From Pseudomonadota bacterium (GTDB lineage Bacteria; Pseudomonadota; Alphaproteobacteria; Caulobacterales; Caulobacteraceae): DNA of 64,000 nt. Shown piece by piece: positions 26,532 through 35,890 of the stretch (position 1 is the stretch's first letter; each line of letters opens with the position of its first letter). The translations under genes were made by a program, and so were the position numbers. The DNA is taken from the NCBI GenBank assembly GCA_023390245.1, contig JAEWDF010000080.1:7182-71181 (forward strand). The letters run 5' to 3'. The notes below the pieces were generated by a model, which had not been told where the DNA came from, searched no databases, and saw only the letters and a program-made list of their open reading frames with translations.

Positions 26532-27851
26532 ATGACCGCCAGGGCCCTATCCGATCGCATTCTCACGCACGCCGCGCTTCACGGCCCCTTCCGAATGGCG
26601 GCCTCGCGCAGGGCGGCGCGGCGAGGCCTGGGCGCGGTGGCGCTGGGCGGCGGCATGCAACTCGAGGCGCTCGTTCCCCTGGGCCTCTATGCCAGCGCCG
26701 CCGAGGCGGCCGACCCGGGGGTGCGGGCCATCGGTTTCGCCGGTCTCGGCCGGATCGGACGGGCGCGCGAGGTCTGGCGGGAGGCCGACGATCCGACGCC
26801 CGCGCTGCGCCGTAGCCTCGCCGTGGCGGCTGCGCCCTTCGCACCGGACTGGGCCCTGGAGCTACTGCCCCCCCAAGCCGCAGCCGAAAGGCTAGCCTGC
26901 CGCCTGGCCGTCGCTGACGCGGCGACAGCGATCGGATTGACGCCGCCGCCGCCTACTTCGCGCGAGAACCGCCTGCTGGCTGCCGCGGTGCACCGCGTGA
27001 ATGGCTGCTGTCGTAACCAGCGCCGCGCGCTGAACGCCTTGTTCGCCGCCGACCGACTGGAGACGGCGCTCGAGGAGGAGGATGCCCCGCCTGCTCTCGA
27101 CGCCTTTTCGGCCGATGTCGCCCCGATCGATCGCGAAGGGCCTCTGGTGTCGATCATAATGGCCGCGCGTGACGCCGCCGATACGCTGGAGACGGCCTTG
27201 ACCTCCCTACGACGCCAGAGTTGGACGGCGCTGGAGATTCTGTTGATCGACGACGGCTCGACAGACGACACCTTGGCCATCGGGCGTCGCCTGGCGGAAG
27301 CAGACCCGCGCATCAGGGTCCACACGAACCAGGGTGCGCCCGGCGCCTATGGCGCGCGCAACACTGGGGTGGCATTGGCGCGCGGCGATGTTATCGCTTT
27401 TCACGACGCCGACGACTGGGCGCATCCGCGGCGCATAGAGCGGCAATTGGCGGGCCTCTCGGGAGGGCGGCTGGCCAGCGTATGCGGCTATTTCCGCCTC
27501 GACGACGACGGCCGCATCGTCAATCCGCGCGTCTTCCCCCTGCTGCGCCTCAATCCCATCCTGATGATGGCGCGACGCGAGACCTTCGAGCGCCTGGGGC
27601 CTTTCGACGAAGGCCGGACAGGCGGCGATTCGGAGATGCTGGCGCGGCTGGACGCCCTGGCGGGGCGCTGGAGGGTACGCCGCATGCCGGAGCCGCTGGT
27701 CGTCGCCCGATGGAGCGCCGCGTCCCTGATGGGCGCCTCGAACACCGGCCTTACTCCGGAGGGCGCGGCTGCACGCGTCGCCTATGTCGAACAATGGCGG
27801 CGCCGGCACTTGCAGATGCTGCAGGCCGGACTCGCCTGGAACCGCCCATGA
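26532..27851 (+). CDS. Family 2 glycosyltransferase with a ~210-aa Ala-rich N-terminal extension
   Basis: The GT2 core is VSIIMAARDAADTLETALTSLRRQSW..LEILLIDDGSTDDT...AFHDADDWAHP. I moved the start to Met71 of the track ORF because the 26322 start would read through the hairpin. Confidence 0.8.
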   Translation: MTARALSDRILTHAALHGPFRMAASRRAARRGLGAVALGGGMQLEALVPLGLYASAAEAADPGVRAIGFAGLGRIGRAREVWREADDPTPALRRSLAVAAAPFAPDWALELLPPQAAAERLACRLAVADAATAIGLTPPPPTSRENRLLAAAVHRVNGCCRNQRRALNALFAADRLETALEEEDAPPALDAFSADVAPIDREGPLVSIIMAARDAADTLETALTSLRRQSWTALEILLIDDGSTDDTLAIGRRLAEADPRIRVHTNQGAPGAYGARNTGVALARGDVIAFHDADDWAHPRRIERQLAGLSGGRLASVCGYFRLDDDGRIVNPRVFPLLRLNPILMMARRETFERLGPFDEGRTGGDSEMLARLDALAGRWRVRRMPEPLVVARWSAASLMGASNTGLTPEGAAARVAYVEQWRRRHLQMLQAGLAWNRP

Positions 27852-27888
27852 CCTTGTCTTCGCCGCACGCCTCATGCACTAGGCGGCT

Positions 27889-29817
27889 GTGCGCCTAGTG
27901 ATTGAAAACGCAGCCCTCCCCGCGTCCGAGCGACAGGACCGCCTGGAACCTCCGCCTTTGCGCGGCGACGACGCGCTGGCGGAGGCCGCCGAGCTCCGGT
28001 TGAAAATCTTCGAACTGTCGGCCGAGGCGGAACGCCTTCGCAACACCGTCTCCTATCAACTGGGCGGCGCCATCCTGCGTGCGCGGCGCTGGAGCGGCCT
28101 CCTCGATCTCCCGCGCGAGATCGGTCGCCTGATCGCCGTGTCCCGGCAGCGGCGGGGCCGCCGGGCCATGAGCGACCCGTCGCACTCGGCGCTCGACCTG
28201 CTGCTTCGGCGCCTTCTGGGACCCCTGCACGACGCCGAGGTGCATGAAGTCCTCGCCGCCGTCGAGGCCGAAGGGTTCGAGCCACGCTATCGCGCCTTCG
28301 TCCTGGCCGAGATCGCGGGACTGATGCGCTTCACCGCTCCCGACAAGAGCCTGGAGCTGCTGCGCGCGGCGGTGGCGCTCGACCCTTCGCCCACGCGTCA
28401 GGCGACGCTGGCGGTGCATCTCTATGACGCCGGCCGCATCGAGGAGCCGCGCGCCATCTTCGCCCGTCTGGGATCGCGTCGGAACATCCTCAGCCAGAGC
28501 GCCCAGCACAAGGCCATGGTGCTGGAAGGCATGGCGCGGGTGCGCGACAATGGCGTCTCCATTCCAGCACGGCGAGCGACGCCGCGCGTCGAACCGCGCG
28601 AATCCACCGTTCTCTATCTGGCGGCCAGTTCCGCCCCCTATCACACGACCGGCTACACGGCCCGGACCCAGTCGCTCATCAAGGCCCTCCGGGCACAGGG
28701 CTGGCGGGCCGAAGCCGCCACCCGGTCGGGATATCCGCGCGATCGCAACGATATCCACCACATCCCCAAGGGACGCGTTCAGGAGGCCGATGGGATCGCC
28801 TATTCGCTTCTGCCGGGGCCGCCGGCCAACCGAACGGCCTTCGATCGCTACTGCGCGGAAGCCTCCAGGGCGGTGCTGACCCACATAGAACGGGTCAGAC
28901 CGGCGGTGGTCCATGCCGCCTCCAACTACCTCAACGCCACGCCGGCCCTGATCGCCGCGCGGCAGGCCGGCCTGCCGTTCGTCTACGAAGTGCGCGGCCT
29001 GTGGGAACTGACCCACGCCGCCAAGGATCCGCGTTTCGAAGGCAGCGAACGTTTCGTCTGGCAGAAGGAGCAGGAAAGCCGCGTCGCCCACGAGGCGGAC
29101 GTGGTGGTGACGCTCTCGCAAGGTCTCAAGCGCGAATTGGTCGCGCGCGGCGTCGATGAGAGCCGCATTCTTCTGGCGCCCAACTGCGTGGACCCGGACC
29201 TGTTCAAACCCGTGAAGCGCGATGAGGCGCTTGCGCGCGACCTGCGGCTGGGCGACGCCAAGGTCATCGGCTTCATCGGCTCGATGATGGCCTATGAAGG
29301 CCTGGTGGACCTGGTGGAGGCCCTGGCGCGCCTGCGCACGCATGGACGGGATGTCTGCGCCGTGCTGGTCGGCGACGGCCCCGCGGCCCGACAGGTGCGC
29401 GAGGCGGCCCGGAGCTTCGGCGTCCAGGCCCACGTCATCATGCCCGGTCGCGTGCCCCCGGCCGATGTACGACGGTGGTACTCGCTGATGGATCTGGCGG
29501 TCTACCCGCGCCGCCCCTCTGGCGTCACCGAACTGGTGCCGCCGCTGAAGCCGCTCGAAGCCCTGGCGATGGGCGTGCCCGTTGTCGCTTCCGACGTCGC
29601 AGCCATCGCCGAAACCATCGAGGACGAGGCGAACGGCTTTCTGTTCCGTCGCGGCGATATCGACAGTCTGACGGCGCGGCTGGACCATGTCCTGACCCAC
29701 GAGCGCGCCGCCCGCCGCACGGCCTCGGCGGGGCGCAAGTCCGTCATGGAGCGGTTCACCTGGACGAGCACGGCGACGCGTCTGGTCGACGCCTATCGCG
29801 AGCTTCGGCGGGACTGA
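27889..29817 (+). CDS. Group 1 (GT4) glycosyltransferase with an N-terminal coiled-coil/helical extension
   Basis: The C-terminal motif is EALAMGVPVVASDVAAIAETIEDEANGFLF (E-x7-E). VLYLAASSAPYHTTGYTART starts the GT-B fold. The start codon is GTG. Confidence 0.8.
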   Translation: MRLVIENAALPASERQDRLEPPPLRGDDALAEAAELRLKIFELSAEAERLRNTVSYQLGGAILRARRWSGLLDLPREIGRLIAVSRQRRGRRAMSDPSHSALDLLLRRLLGPLHDAEVHEVLAAVEAEGFEPRYRAFVLAEIAGLMRFTAPDKSLELLRAAVALDPSPTRQATLAVHLYDAGRIEEPRAIFARLGSRRNILSQSAQHKAMVLEGMARVRDNGVSIPARRATPRVEPRESTVLYLAASSAPYHTTGYTARTQSLIKALRAQGWRAEAATRSGYPRDRNDIHHIPKGRVQEADGIAYSLLPGPPANRTAFDRYCAEASRAVLTHIERVRPAVVHAASNYLNATPALIAARQAGLPFVYEVRGLWELTHAAKDPRFEGSERFVWQKEQESRVAHEADVVVTLSQGLKRELVARGVDESRILLAPNCVDPDLFKPVKRDEALARDLRLGDAKVIGFIGSMMAYEGLVDLVEALARLRTHGRDVCAVLVGDGPAARQVREAARSFGVQAHVIMPGRVPPADVRRWYSLMDLAVYPRRPSGVTELVPPLKPLEALAMGVPVVASDVAAIAETIEDEANGFLFRRGDIDSLTARLDHVLTHERAARRTASAGRKSVMERFTWTSTATRLVDAYRELRRD

Positions 29818-29909
29818 CGCATGTTGGTTCGATTTCCGCTCGACATTCCCGCCATGACGCGGGATGGGGATGCTCTCGACCATCGCGCGACGCACGATGC
29901 GTCGGCACG

Positions 29910-31619
29910 ATGAGGATGCGCGGATTGAAAAATATTCGACGGCGCGCCGCCGACCCCACGCTCAAATGGGCGTCTTTCGGGCAAAACCAGCAATACCGCG
30001 TCGCCATCCGCAATCAGGACACCGGCGAGAAGCAGATCATCTATGAGGGCTTCCGCCAGATGTGTCGGCTTCCGGCCGGACTGCGGCTGAGCCCAGATCA
30101 ATTGGCCTATCGTGTCGAAAGCCGATCCGCCGACGATCCCACCGCCCCCTATCGCCGCAAGCAGAACTTCACGGCCATACCCCGGCTGGGAGAGGATGTG
30201 GACCAGACGGCGCCGGATCGGCTCGCGCGCCCCGAAGTCGTCGGCGCGACCGATTACCGGTTCCTCGTGCGCGACGCGCTCAGCGGCGACGTCCTCGTCG
30301 ACATGACGTCGATACGCCCGGTCTTCTACCTGCCGGCCGGTCAATTGCGGGGACGCAAGGCGCAATGGCGCATCAAGCCGTTCGTGAAGGGCGCATGGGG
30401 CGCCGCGCGCTGGCGTCCCGTCAGCCGGCGCGCGCTCAAGTCCGCACTGCAACGCGCGGAGCGATTGGTGCCGCTGGAAGCGGACGCCGTGCGCCCCCAG
30501 CCGGCCGAAGGCAGGGTTCGGCCGGCGCCCGGGATATCCTCTCCGACTCCGGGCCTCCTGCCCGATCGCATGCGGGCGATCGTCATACCCGTCACCGCGG
30601 CGCCGGACCTGGGGCTTGAGCCTGATCCCGAGGATTTCCTTCCGATTCAGTGGAGCGACGGCCGAGGCGACGGAGCCGTGGCCCGCCTTGCTCGCCTGCT
30701 CGAAGCGCGCGGCCTGGAGGGCTGGTTCTTCCTGGATGTGGAGATGGGACAGGCGCTCTCGCCCGTCCGATTGGCGCGCCTGGCGGAGGAGTTGAGAGCC
30801 GCCGGAGGCCGCATCGGCCTCTATGTCGGTTCCGCCGTCCTAGGCGGCCAGGGCCGCCCTCCGGCGGAGCGTCTCGCCGCCATGCGGCAGGGCATAGCCG
30901 ATCTCGGATGCGCAGACGGGGTGATGCTGGGCGACGGGCCGGATCGGCAGGCGTGGCTGGACGCTCTCGACGCCGAAGGGCATGCCGGGGTGATCCTGTC
31001 TCGCGCCGCGCTGGCCAGTCTGCCGGAATGGATGCGGTGGCGAACCGCGCCTTTCGCCACATCATCACGGACCATCGCCTTTCCGACGACGACATTCCTG
31101 TCCACGCCGGCGCATGCGCGCGACCGCGTCATGGTCCACGGCCTGGACAACCGTCACGCCCTGGCCGCCGCCGCGATCGGCGGATGGATGGACGCCAGCG
31201 CCTCGCTGTCTGCGCACGGCCGGCTGGCGATCATCGAACTGGACCCGTTGCGGCTGCTCGACCGGCGGCGCAGCCGCGATCGTGCGGCGATGGATCTGTG
31301 GAACAACACCCTGCGTCAGACCCTGCCCGACTGGTTGGCGGCGGGCTGGAAGCGATCGGGGCGCGGCTTCCGATACGCCGCCGGCCTCAGCGAGATACAG
31401 ACCGAACTGCTGACCAGTCTGCTCGACGGCGTCGCCGCGACACAAGTCGGCGCGGCGGAGTGGGCCTCCCTGTTCTCCGCCGATCAAGCGCGGCGATGGC
31501 TGGCGCCGGCCGCCTATGAGGCGATTCTGGAGCAGCGTCGGGGCGTCCACGTCTTCCGGTCGTCGGCGGTTCGCCGCTATGACAACGCCTATCGCCTCGC
31601 CGTGAGAGCCGCGCCATGA
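29910..31619 (+). CDS. Hypothetical protein (569 aa), no recognisable family
   Basis: This is the in-frame part of track ORF 29475-31619 downstream of the GT4 stop. The start is at MRMRGLKN. Codon usage matches its neighbours, and the stop overlaps the next start. Confidence 0.6.
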   Translation: MRMRGLKNIRRRAADPTLKWASFGQNQQYRVAIRNQDTGEKQIIYEGFRQMCRLPAGLRLSPDQLAYRVESRSADDPTAPYRRKQNFTAIPRLGEDVDQTAPDRLARPEVVGATDYRFLVRDALSGDVLVDMTSIRPVFYLPAGQLRGRKAQWRIKPFVKGAWGAARWRPVSRRALKSALQRAERLVPLEADAVRPQPAEGRVRPAPGISSPTPGLLPDRMRAIVIPVTAAPDLGLEPDPEDFLPIQWSDGRGDGAVARLARLLEARGLEGWFFLDVEMGQALSPVRLARLAEELRAAGGRIGLYVGSAVLGGQGRPPAERLAAMRQGIADLGCADGVMLGDGPDRQAWLDALDAEGHAGVILSRAALASLPEWMRWRTAPFATSSRTIAFPTTTFLSTPAHARDRVMVHGLDNRHALAAAAIGGWMDASASLSAHGRLAIIELDPLRLLDRRRSRDRAAMDLWNNTLRQTLPDWLAAGWKRSGRGFRYAAGLSEIQTELLTSLLDGVAATQVGAAEWASLFSADQARRWLAPAAYEAILEQRRGVHVFRSSAVRRYDNAYRLAVRAAP

Positions 31620-32212
31620 GCCGTTCTCCCAGCCGCCGAGCCGGATCCCGCCCGCCTCAGATCGCCGCGCACCTGCCGACGACGATCGAGGCGGCCCTTG
31701 TCATCGGAAACGAGGCCGAGGCGCCCGCGATCGCTGCGCTGGCCCCCGTCCTGGCAATCCGAACGGCCGCCGTGGACGACGCCTGGCCCGTTGGAGATTT
31801 CGATCTGATCCTCATGCTGGAGGGGATCGATGGGGGTGGCTTGGCCGACATCCAGTCCCGCCTTGTCCGTATCGGAACGCAGCTCTCGCCCAAGGGCCGG
31901 GCCCTACTTCACATTCCCACCTTCGCCGCTCCGGTCGGAGATGGACCAGAAGCCTATGATCGCCTGCTGTTTCCAGAGCCGGCGGCAGCCGGAGACCTTG
32001 GCGACGACATCGCCCGACGCGCCATGCTTCCCGCATCGGCATGGCGGCTGCTGATCGCCGCCAGCGGACTCCGGATCGTGGCCGCGCAGGGAGAGGGCGA
32101 GCATGAAACATCCGAGATTCTTGCGGCGCATGCTGAACGCTTGGCCGCGTTCGATCTGCAGGAACTCCGGACGGCGAGGCTGACCCTGATCGTGGAACCG
32201 GCCAAGCCATGA
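31616..32212 (+). CDS. Hypothetical protein, possibly a degenerate class I methyltransferase fold
   Basis: ALVIGNEAEA, FDLILMLEGI and LSPKGRALLHIP loosely resemble methyltransferase motifs I, II and post-II. There are 4-nt overlaps at both ends. Confidence 0.5.
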   Translation: MSRSPSRRAGSRPPQIAAHLPTTIEAALVIGNEAEAPAIAALAPVLAIRTAAVDDAWPVGDFDLILMLEGIDGGGLADIQSRLVRIGTQLSPKGRALLHIPTFAAPVGDGPEAYDRLLFPEPAAAGDLGDDIARRAMLPASAWRLLIAASGLRIVAAQGEGEHETSEILAAHAERLAAFDLQELRTARLTLIVEPAKP

Positions 32213-32955
32213 AGACCCTGTCGAAGAAGGCCCGGCAGCTCCTGGCCGAGGCGCGTGAGATCATCTTCCCCACGCTGGCGGAACGTGAACCTGCGGCCAT
32301 CGCCGCCGAGACCGCCGCGCGCGAATTGTGGTCGGCGAGGTTTAGCGCGTTCGATTTGCTGCTGGCGGACGCCGACATTCTCGAGATCGGCTATGGCGAC
32401 GCGCGTCTGCTGGGACACCTCCGGCGGCGTGGCGAACTCGGCCGTCCCCGCTCCGCCGCGGGCGTTGGCAGGGGCGCGGCGGGTTCCGTCTCCCCTGAGT
32501 CCATACTGGACGAACTGACGCCCGATGAAGCGATCGAACTGCATGAGGACATCAGCTATCTCAGCGCGCTGGATCCGCTGTCGTTCGATCTGGTGATCTG
32601 TCGCGACTTTGAATCGATGTTCGTCCTTGATGGAGTCGAGGATGGTCTCAAACGCCTCTACGGTCTGCTCCGGCCAGGGGGAGACGCCGTCATCCATGTC
32701 GGCTGCGCTGATCCGCGCCAGCCACGCCTCGAAGCGCCGGGATATGGTTTCCTGACGCCGACCGCATGGTCGATGCTGCTGCTTCGCGCCGGCTTCGAAA
32801 TCGTGCGGAGCCGACGCACGCTTCGCGCGCCATCGCAGACTGCAAAGGCGCGCGACGCCCTGCCCATGGCCAGCAGCGAGGAACGCATGACCGAGGCCAT
32901 GACCTTCCACCTGGTGCGGCCCTGGGAGCACTGGGAACTGGCGAAGATTCTCTGA
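32209..32955 (+). CDS. Class I SAM-dependent methyltransferase
   Basis: ILEIGYGDARLLGHL is motif I. FDLVICRDFES and LLRPGGDAVIHV follow. Confidence 0.7.
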   Translation: MKTLSKKARQLLAEAREIIFPTLAEREPAAIAAETAARELWSARFSAFDLLLADADILEIGYGDARLLGHLRRRGELGRPRSAAGVGRGAAGSVSPESILDELTPDEAIELHEDISYLSALDPLSFDLVICRDFESMFVLDGVEDGLKRLYGLLRPGGDAVIHVGCADPRQPRLEAPGYGFLTPTAWSMLLLRAGFEIVRSRRTLRAPSQTAKARDALPMASSEERMTEAMTFHLVRPWEHWELAKIL

Positions 32956-33055
32956 ATTCGGGAATTTTGCCGGATCGGTTTGATCCTGCGCCCCTTTCCC
33001 GTCTACTGACGCGGCCAGCGGCGCAATCGCCGCGTGCTTCTGCGAACCGAACGCC

Positions 33056-34174
33056 TTGCGACTGGCCGTCATCTTTGGAACCCGCCCCGAAGCCATCAAG
33101 ATGGCGCCCGTGGTGCAGGCGCTGCGGGCCTCGGGGGCCTTTGATTGCCAGGTGTGGTCCACCGGACAGCATCGCGAGATGCTGGACCAGGTTCTGGATG
33201 TCTTTGGCCTGGAGGTCGATCGCGACCTGAACGTCATGACTCCCGGACAGACGCTGAACGAAATCTTCTCCCAGGTCATGGCCGGCGCGGATCGCCTGCT
33301 GGTCGAGGAGCGACCGGACATGGTGCTGGTGCATGGCGACACCTCCACCGCCGCCGCCGCCGCCACGGCGGCCTTCCACCGCGGTATCCGCATCGGCCAC
33401 GTCGAAGCCGGCCTGCGCAGCGGCCGACTGGATCAGCCCTGGCCGGAAGAGTTCAATCGCCGGCTCGTGGATATGGTCAGCGACCGCCTGTTCGCGCCCA
33501 CCGAAACGGCGCGTCGCAATCTGATCGCCGAAGGCGTGGCCAAAGACCGCATCAGCGTGACGGGCAACACCGTCATAGACGCCCTGCTGCAGACCCGCTC
33601 CAGCATCCAGGCGGACATCGGGCGTCGCGGCCGGCTGGACGCCGCCTTCCGCTTCCTGGATCCGACGCGGCCGCTGGTGCTGGTCACCGGTCATCGTCGC
33701 GAGAGCTTTGGCGAGGGCTTCCAGCAGATCTGCATGGCCATCCGCGACATCGTCGCCGATGGCGCGATCCAGGTGGTCTATCCTGTGCATCTCAACCCGA
33801 ATGTGCAGGAACCCGTCCGCGTCATCCTTGGCGGGCTTGACGGCGTCCATCTCGTGCCGCCGACCGACTATCCGACTTTCGTTTATCTGATGGATCGCGC
33901 GGATGTGATCCTGACGGATTCCGGCGGCGTCCAGGAGGAGGCGCCCTCCCTCGACAAGCCGGTTCTGGTCATGCGCGATGTCACCGAAAGGCCTGAAGCG
34001 GTCGAGGCGGGCGTGGCGCGCCTGGTTGGTGCAGATCGGCAACGGATCGTCGCCGGCGTGCGTTCAGCGCTGGACCACGCGAAGCGACCGCCGCTAAGCA
34101 ATCCCTACGGAGACGGTCGGGCCGCACTCCGGATTGTGCAGGAGCTGCAACGTGTCGCTGACGGTCTACGCTGA
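33056..34174 (+). CDS. wecB: UDP-N-acetylglucosamine 2-epimerase (non-hydrolysing)
   Basis: The N-terminus is RLAVIFGTRPEAIKMAPVV. Also present are HGDTSTA, HVEAGLRS, TDSGGVQEEAPSL and KPVLVMRDVTERPE. The start codon is TTG. Confidence 0.93.
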   Translation: MRLAVIFGTRPEAIKMAPVVQALRASGAFDCQVWSTGQHREMLDQVLDVFGLEVDRDLNVMTPGQTLNEIFSQVMAGADRLLVEERPDMVLVHGDTSTAAAAATAAFHRGIRIGHVEAGLRSGRLDQPWPEEFNRRLVDMVSDRLFAPTETARRNLIAEGVAKDRISVTGNTVIDALLQTRSSIQADIGRRGRLDAAFRFLDPTRPLVLVTGHRRESFGEGFQQICMAIRDIVADGAIQVVYPVHLNPNVQEPVRVILGGLDGVHLVPPTDYPTFVYLMDRADVILTDSGGVQEEAPSLDKPVLVMRDVTERPEAVEAGVARLVGADRQRIVAGVRSALDHAKRPPLSNPYGDGRAALRIVQELQRVADGLR

Positions 34175-35420
34175 CTTCGCCCATCCGGCGCCTGCGCTCC
34201 AGACCATCGCCGTCGTCGGCCTGGGATACATCGGCTTGCCGACCGCCGCCGCCCTGGCCAAGGCCGGGCACCGGGTCATCGGCGTCGACGTCAACGCCGA
34301 CGTGGTGTCGGCGATCAATGCGGGCGTCTGCCACATCGTCGAACCAGGCCTGAACGAGCTTCTGGAAAGCGCGATCGAAGCCGGGCGGCTCAGCGCCGCG
34401 CGGGAGATGCCGGAGGCCCAGGCCTATCTGATCGCCGTCCCGACCCCCGTATCGCACGACTCCGCCAACGCCCCGGACCTGACCTATGTCTTCGCCGCGA
34501 TCGAAGCGGTCGCGCCCATGCTGCGTCCTGGCGCCCTGGTGGTTCTCGAATCGACCTCCCCGGTCGGCACGACGCGGCGGGTCATCGACCGGCTCGCCGC
34601 GTTGCGCCCCGACCTGACCTTCCCCGGATGTGGCGGCGAGGGAGCGATCGACGTCGATGTCGTCTATTCGCCCGAGCGGGTGATCCCCGGCCGAACCCTG
34701 CAGGAGCTATCGACCAACGCGCGCGTCCTGGGCGGCGCCACGCCGGAAGCGGCCGTCCGCGCGGCCGGCATCTACCGCACCCTGACATCCGGCGAGCTGC
34801 TGCTGACCGATGATCGGTCGGCCGAGATGACCAAGCTGGTCGAGAACGCCTTCAGGGACGTCAACATCGCCTTCGCCAATGAGTTGTCGCTGATCTGCGA
34901 CACGATGGGCCTGAATGTCTGGGAACTGATCGCCCTGGCCAATCACCATCCGCGGGTGAACATCCTGCAGCCGGGGCCGGGCGTCGGCGGCCACTGCATC
35001 GCCGTCGATCCCTGGTTTATCGTCGCCCAGGCCCCGGAGCAGGCCCGCCTGATCCGCACCGCCCGCGAGGTGAACGACGCCAAACCCGAGTTCGTGCTCG
35101 ACAAGGCGCGGGCCATTCTGCGCGCCGAACCGGCGACGCGGGTCGCGTGCCTCGGCCTGTCCTTCAAGCCCGATGTCGACGATTTTCGCGAGAGTCCGGC
35201 CCTGACCATCGCCCGCACGCTCAGTGGGGAATTCCCCGGTCGCGTCGTCTGCGCCGATCCCTATGCCGACATGCTTCCGCCGGATCACGGTTTAGAGATC
35301 GTCCCCCTGGTCGACGCACTCGCCATGCCGCTGGTCATGGCCCTGGTCGGCCATCGAGAATTCCGGTCTCAACCCCGGCCGGTCAGCCGGACCATCGACG
35401 CCTGCGGCATATGGAGTTGA
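34152..35420 (+). CDS. wecC: UDP-N-acetyl-D-mannosamine (UDP-sugar) 6-dehydrogenase
   Basis: VVGLGYIGLPTAAALA, GPGVGGHCIAVDP and LGLSFKPDVDDFRESPA. The start is either the GTG at 34152 or the ATG at 34134, and either one overlaps the end of wecB. Confidence 0.88.
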   Translation: MSLTVYADFAHPAPALQTIAVVGLGYIGLPTAAALAKAGHRVIGVDVNADVVSAINAGVCHIVEPGLNELLESAIEAGRLSAAREMPEAQAYLIAVPTPVSHDSANAPDLTYVFAAIEAVAPMLRPGALVVLESTSPVGTTRRVIDRLAALRPDLTFPGCGGEGAIDVDVVYSPERVIPGRTLQELSTNARVLGGATPEAAVRAAGIYRTLTSGELLLTDDRSAEMTKLVENAFRDVNIAFANELSLICDTMGLNVWELIALANHHPRVNILQPGPGVGGHCIAVDPWFIVAQAPEQARLIRTAREVNDAKPEFVLDKARAILRAEPATRVACLGLSFKPDVDDFRESPALTIARTLSGEFPGRVVCADPYADMLPPDHGLEIVPLVDALAMPLVMALVGHREFRSQPRPVSRTIDACGIWS

Positions 35421-35445
35421 TCCTCCACCGAGGAAACCGGCGCCT

Positions 35446-35859
35446 TCAGCCCATGCGTTTTCCCGCACCAGCAATTTCGACGACCCCCGTGCGGATCAGG
35501 GTGCTGCTGACTCCCTCCGTTCGCGGCAGGTAAACGACCTCGCATAGGTCGCGCAGGTCGTCGAAACGTCCACTCCAGTCACTGCCCATTCCGAATATGT
35601 CGATGTGGTGCGCGAGGATGTCCTGGCGCTTCTGAGTCCAATCCCGTTCCGGAATGACGAGATTGACGCACCGGAGCGCCTGCACGATCTCAACCCGATC
35701 CGCATAGCTGACAACGCTGCTCTTGCCCTTCTCCACGTTGAAGGCGTCGGTGGAAACACCAACGGTCAGGTGATCGCCCAAGGCGCGCAAACGCTCAAGA
35801 AGGCGCAGGTGCCCCACGTGAAAGAGATCGAACGTGCCGTAGGTGATGACCTTGCGCAT
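35446..35859 (-). CDS. tagD: Glycerol-3-phosphate cytidylyltransferase (CDP-glycerol synthesis)
   Basis: MRKVITYGTFDLFHVGHLRLLERL contains the HxGH motif, and RTEGVSST is the RTxGISTT motif. I trimmed the start to the Met that precedes the conserved N-terminus. Confidence 0.9.
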   Translation of the reverse strand: MRKVITYGTFDLFHVGHLRLLERLRALGDHLTVGVSTDAFNVEKGKSSVVSYADRVEIVQALRCVNLVIPERDWTQKRQDILAHHIDIFGMGSDWSGRFDDLRDLCEVVYLPRTEGVSSTLIRTGVVEIAGAGKRMG

Positions 35860-35890
35860 CACCGGATGCTTACGGGCGCTCCGGCGCGGG

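Noticed and set aside
27895-29895. A 666-aa minus-strand ORF
   Set aside because: It is antisense to the GT4 glycosyltransferase, which has a clear E-x7-E motif. Its translation has no motifs and has GC-driven composition.
29475-29909. The upstream 145 codons of track ORF 29475-31619
   Set aside because: They overlap the 3' end of the GT4 gene in another frame, and the product is Arg-rich nonsense. The start was moved to 29910.
31954-34042. Long minus-strand ORFs 31954-33393 and 32690-34042
   Set aside because: They are antisense to the methyltransferase genes and wecB. No motifs.
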